A stretch of 64,000 nucleotides of DNA from an uncultured Nitrososphaerota archaeon (lineage in GTDB: Archaea; Thermoproteota; Nitrososphaeria; Nitrososphaerales; Nitrosopumilaceae), in the NCBI GenBank assembly GCA_963824385.1, contig CAWGPD010000004.1:288001-352000 (forward strand), read 5' to 3'. Each line of letters starts with the position of its first letter. Position 1 is the stretch's first letter. Of this stretch, positions 60,262 to 64,000 are shown piece by piece. The notes below the pieces were generated by a model. The model ran no database searches. It had not been told where the DNA came from and saw nothing but the letters and a program-made list of their open reading frames with translations. The translations under genes and the position numbers were made by a program.

Positions 60262-61381
60262 TGTGCAACCCCAATAGTATTTCCAACTCCAATAACCAGA
60301 GCACACTGACCTATCTTTGCATAGACTTTGATGATATCATAAATTTGAGATGCAACTATATCAGAAGAGTCTGCAATCTCCTTTCTCATCAGAGTGATTG
60401 CTTCCTTGATTGATTGTTTTATAACAATTGCATATATTGGAATGTTATGCTTTGTTGCAATCTCTTCTATTTGGAATCTCTCAGTACCTATTCCTCCAAT
60501 TGCTGCTCCAAATCCTTGTGCAATAGAACCAGTATCTTCACCTTCTCGACTTCAAGGCTGCATCAACCATTACTATAATATCAGGTTTCGTGTCAGCAAG
60601 AATTTTCTCAAGTGCATCAGCAGGTTTTCCAACTGTAGCAGCTGGTCCCTCAGACTTTTAGGAAATAGAGTTTTCGTCCTTCAAAGTCTTTTTCGCTCCA
60701 AACTGTTTCAAGTGCGATTGGTTTTTTTTCAGTATCAAGCATCATTTTTCCAACAATCATTGGACCTATTCCATCCCCAATGGGTTGTCCTTGTTTGAAT
60801 GCAGATACCGCAATCTTGAGTGCCTCTGCTTCTTCCATTATAAATGGCATCATCATTTGTAATGGTAAAATTAATGGAAAGTTATTCTGTTTCTTTGCAG
60901 TAAGGAAAAAGTGTCTTACCATTTTGTATAACAATTGCAATGTAGTTACTGCTTCCAAAATGTTAGTTATCTTGCTTGTTTCAATATGGCTCATATTTTG
61001 AGACAAACTATTGACTTGCTCCCTAGTTGAATCTTCTCTTATTCTCATGATATGTCTTATTTTTGGAACTATACCATTAGGATCCATATCAATTGGCATT
61101 ATTGTAAAATATTCAAAGAACCTGTCAAGTTTTTGTGTGGGATCTTCAGAAGGCTTTAGAGTATTTTTGATATAATCAATAAGTTCCTTTCTAGTATCAT
61201 CACGAAAAGATTTTAATTTTTCAAGTCCCTTGTTAATGTCAGATGAAGTTATGTAAAGCTGAATTCTTTGCCCATACAACATAAAAATAAAGATAGGTAT
61301 AATCCAAACCATCCACATCAGAGGATTAGAATTATCACTAGAACTGAAAAGCTTGTCTATACTTGTTGCATTAAAATCCAA
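60258..61381 (-). CDS. DUF1512 family protein; frameshifts near 60655 and 60548
   Basis: PIDMDPNGIV, GQPIGDGIGP, then EGP..TVG, VDAALK, GFGAAIGGIG, GVGNTIG in corrected frames. Confidence 0.85.
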
Positions 61382-61462
61382 TAACAAAAACAACTTTTTT
61401 TGCCAAATTAAATCTTTCAAAAAATTAAATCGTTTTAAACGTTTGATACTGATATACCAGTA

Positions 61463-62911
61463 TTGGACGCAAATGAAATCAGAGTAAGATTATCCAAGAC
61501 TGTAAAATGTACTGTTTTGGGGGATGATTATGCACGTAATTTTTATTCAGTAGATGCTAGTTCATACTGCTTAAAGCCATCAGTTATTGCAATTCCTCGT
61601 AATGAATCAGACATCATCAAGATTATACGATTTGCAAAAAAATACAACATTCCAGTTACTCCCAGAGGAGCAGGAACTGGACTTGTCGGTAGTGCTTTAG
61701 GAAGAGGCATAATAATTGACATGAAAAATCTCAATGAGATAGAACTTGGTAGCAATCATGTCAAAGTTGGTGCAGGAGTTTTCAAGGGCCAACTTGATAA
61801 CATATTGAAAAGAAATAACAGATTCATAGGTCCAAATCCTTCCATAGGCCCTTTCTGTACCATTGGGGGGATGATTGGAGCAAATGCTAGTGGAGCACAT
61901 TCTTTGAAATATGGTAGCATGATTGACAATCTAATTGAAATTACAATGATTAATTCCTCTGGCAAAATAATAAAATTGCCAGATAAAAGAGATTCACAAA
62001 AAATTAACATCTTCACATCATCAAAGATTGTGAAATCATTTCCAAAAGTTTCCAAGAATTCCTGTGGATATAGAATTGACATGATTCATTCAAAAAAAGA
62101 GATACATAAAATAATTGCAGGGTCGGAAGGAACTCTTGGCATAGTAACGTCCGCAAAGATTAGAACGTATGTACTGCCAAAGAAGATCGTATTGCTTGTC
62201 ACATATTACAAAACATTGTTAGAGGCAGCAAAAGATGTCCCAAAAATAATGACATTAAAACCATCAGCTGTTGAACTAGTAGACAATAACATTGTAACGC
62301 ACATCAAAATAAAAATACCTTCACAGTCAGGTTGTCTTCTTTTTGTAGAATTTGATGACAAGATAGAATCCAATAAGAAACATATTCAAAATATAATATC
62401 AGGAAAAATAATTAAAACAGAAACAAATACAGATAAAATCAAGAAATTATGGAGTTTTAGAAATTCTGCTCTTGCATTTAGTCTAAAAAGTATTTCAAAG
62501 AATGAGACAATGCCTACTCTCATAGAGGACGCAGTAGTACCAGTAAAAAGACTACCGTTACTACTAAGAATATTAGATATAATTTCCAAAAGGTATGACC
62601 TGAAGATGATCGTTTATGGGCATGCTGGAAACGGCAATCTACACATAAGACCCATCCTAAGAAGAAAGGACAAGCATCTCATCAAAAAAATTGCCTTGGA
62701 GTTTTTTTCAAGCGTAATAGAAATAGGTGGAAGTATAACAGGGGAACATGGGGATGGCCTTGCCAGATCAGAGTTTGTAAAATTGCAGTATGATAACGAA
62801 ACATATTCTATTTTTAAAAAGATAAAAAAGCAATTCGATCCTCAAAATATTCTAAATCCTGGAAAAATCATCTCAGATCAAAGTACTGTCACAAAAAATC
62901 TAAAGATCTAA
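61463..62911 (+). CDS. FAD-binding oxidoreductase (GlcD / D-lactate dehydrogenase-like)
   Basis: PRGAGTGL.G, TIGGMIG.NASG, GSEGTLG, GHAGNGNLH, GEHGDG, FDP.NILNPGK. Confidence 0.92.
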   Translation: MDANEIRVRLSKTVKCTVLGDDYARNFYSVDASSYCLKPSVIAIPRNESDIIKIIRFAKKYNIPVTPRGAGTGLVGSALGRGIIIDMKNLNEIELGSNHVKVGAGVFKGQLDNILKRNNRFIGPNPSIGPFCTIGGMIGANASGAHSLKYGSMIDNLIEITMINSSGKIIKLPDKRDSQKINIFTSSKIVKSFPKVSKNSCGYRIDMIHSKKEIHKIIAGSEGTLGIVTSAKIRTYVLPKKIVLLVTYYKTLLEAAKDVPKIMTLKPSAVELVDNNIVTHIKIKIPSQSGCLLFVEFDDKIESNKKHIQNIISGKIIKTETNTDKIKKLWSFRNSALAFSLKSISKNETMPTLIEDAVVPVKRLPLLLRILDIISKRYDLKMIVYGHAGNGNLHIRPILRRKDKHLIKKIALEFFSSVIEIGGSITGEHGDGLARSEFVKLQYDNETYSIFKKIKKQFDPQNILNPGKIISDQSTVTKNLKI

Positions 62912-62928
62912 TCATTCATTGAAGTTAA

Positions 62929-63267
62929 TTATTTAATTTTAGTGCCAAGGGTGACATCTTCAGGAACTGTCAGCCAAAAGGGTTTGTCATTTAGATCAGC
63001 TGCAAGAAGCATGGCACCAGATTCAATTCCTCCAATTGTTCTAGGTTCTAGATTTACAAGTGCTATGACTGTTCTACCTACTAGTTCTTCTGGTTGATAG
63101 TACTCTGCCCCACCAATTATTACGTTACGTCTTTCATCTCCAAGATCAATTACACCTTTCACAATTTTTGATTTCCCTGGAATTTTTTCAACTTCAATTA
63201 CCTTAGCTACCCTCATGTCGAGCTTTGCAAAATCCTCATAAGTTATCAAATTCATAACAAGTGTCAA
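62929..63267 (-). CDS. OB-fold tRNA-binding protein (Trbp111/CsaA-like)
   Basis: EDFAKLDMRVAKV, LVNLEPR.IGG.ES.AMLLAA. Confidence 0.92.
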   Translation of the reverse strand: MTLVMNLITYEDFAKLDMRVAKVIEVEKIPGKSKIVKGVIDLGDERRNVIIGGAEYYQPEELVGRTVIALVNLEPRTIGGIESGAMLLAADLNDKPFWLTVPEDVTLGTKIK

Positions 63268-63366
63268 ATTATGAGATTAAAATTGATTTCGGAATAAAAA
63301 ATCTTGTTACTGAGAATCTGTTCTTTGTGTATTATAACATAAATACGAATAAAAACAAACTATCTC

Positions 63367-63783
63367 ATGGTACAGATTCAAGCATCTATTGAGATTGATG
63401 CCCCGATAGACAAAGTATGGAGTATAGTATCCGATCTTGATTCTGAGCCAAAATTTTGGAGAGGAACCAAAGAGGTAAAAAATATCTCAAAAGAAGGCAA
63501 TATTATAACAAGAGAAGTTACCATAGCATTCAAAGACTCAAAATGCATGCAGACCGTAACACTTTATCCAAAAGAGATGATAGATGTCCAATTTACAAAA
63601 GGAATCATTGAGGGCAGCAAGATAATTTCACTTACTTCATTAGAAAATAAGACAAGACTTGATGTTGTATGGGATATGAAACTATCAGGTATGATGGGAA
63701 TGTTTACAGGCATGATAAAAAAACACATTCAAAGTGGAACTGAGCAAGCCCTTGATAGTATAAAGCAAGAATCTCAGAGATAG
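63367..63783 (+). CDS. SRPBCC / polyketide cyclase-like protein
   Basis: SIEIDAP.DKVW.IVSD...PKFW...QALD.IK. Confidence 0.88.
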   Translation: MVQIQASIEIDAPIDKVWSIVSDLDSEPKFWRGTKEVKNISKEGNIITREVTIAFKDSKCMQTVTLYPKEMIDVQFTKGIIEGSKIISLTSLENKTRLDVVWDMKLSGMMGMFTGMIKKHIQSGTEQALDSIKQESQR

Positions 63784-63787
63784 ACAA

Positions 63788-64000
63788 ATGTATTTTTTTG
63801 TAGATATAATCAACTACGTTCTGGCATCCATTTTGTTAGGTGTTGCAATAGCGTGGATATTTTTGATAAAATCAATGTTGGCTACTTTTATAGATTCACC
63901 TTTTTTAGATAAATTCAATTCTAGGCCACATCATACTCCAAAAGTATCCATAATTTTACCAGCTAGAAATGAAGAACTGTTTATTGAAAAATGCATAAAT
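63788..64000 (+). CDS. GT2 glycosyltransferase (3'-truncated by window)
   Basis: N-terminal TM, then PKVSIILPARNEELFIEKCI. Confidence 0.85.
   Translation, partial: MYFFVDIINYVLASILLGVAIAWIFLIKSMLATFIDSPFLDKFNSRPHHTPKVSIILPARNEELFIEKCIN

Noticed and set aside
278..62589. Many antisense or alternate-frame ORFs (e.g. 278..754, 11219..11674, 13691..14035, 34562..35002, 60394..60798)
   Set aside because: Lie within well-supported genes and show no recognisable motifs
1..64000. CRISPR array, IS element or rRNA
   Set aside because: No regularly spaced repeats, transposase motifs or rRNA-like sequence observed

Overview
AT-rich archaeal chromosomal segment. Gene content (cdvA/cdvB, REC-TackOD1, PEFG-CTERM, thyX, cofC/cofD, archaeal RNase P RNA, intron-containing tRNA-Ser) points to an ammonia-oxidising Nitrososphaerota (Thaumarchaeota), most likely Nitrosotalea/Nitrosopumilales-like; the genus is an inference. 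It holds about 65 CDS, two tRNAs and rnpB. Housekeeping genes include fen1, thyX, acs, map, sui1, secG, tsr3, PINA, UDG/MPG and a peptide ABC transporter. There is a four-gene kinase/Hpt/REC/REC-TackOD1 phosphorelay and an accessory stress and surface stretch after tRNA-Ser (about 20-33 kb). About 15 single-base frameshifts split ten genes, including cdvA, and look like sequencing error. No transposase, integrase or CRISPR array was seen. The best leads are a collagen-fused HtrA, a PLP-rhodanese fusion, an unannotated RHH/AbrB microprotein pair with a perfect palindrome, an aquaporin with a His-rich loop D, a secreted ATP-independent Lon-type protease near the Cdv genes, a large lamin-tail/MG2-repeat surface protein and a candidate three-way-junction RNA. 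None is proven to be a new system.
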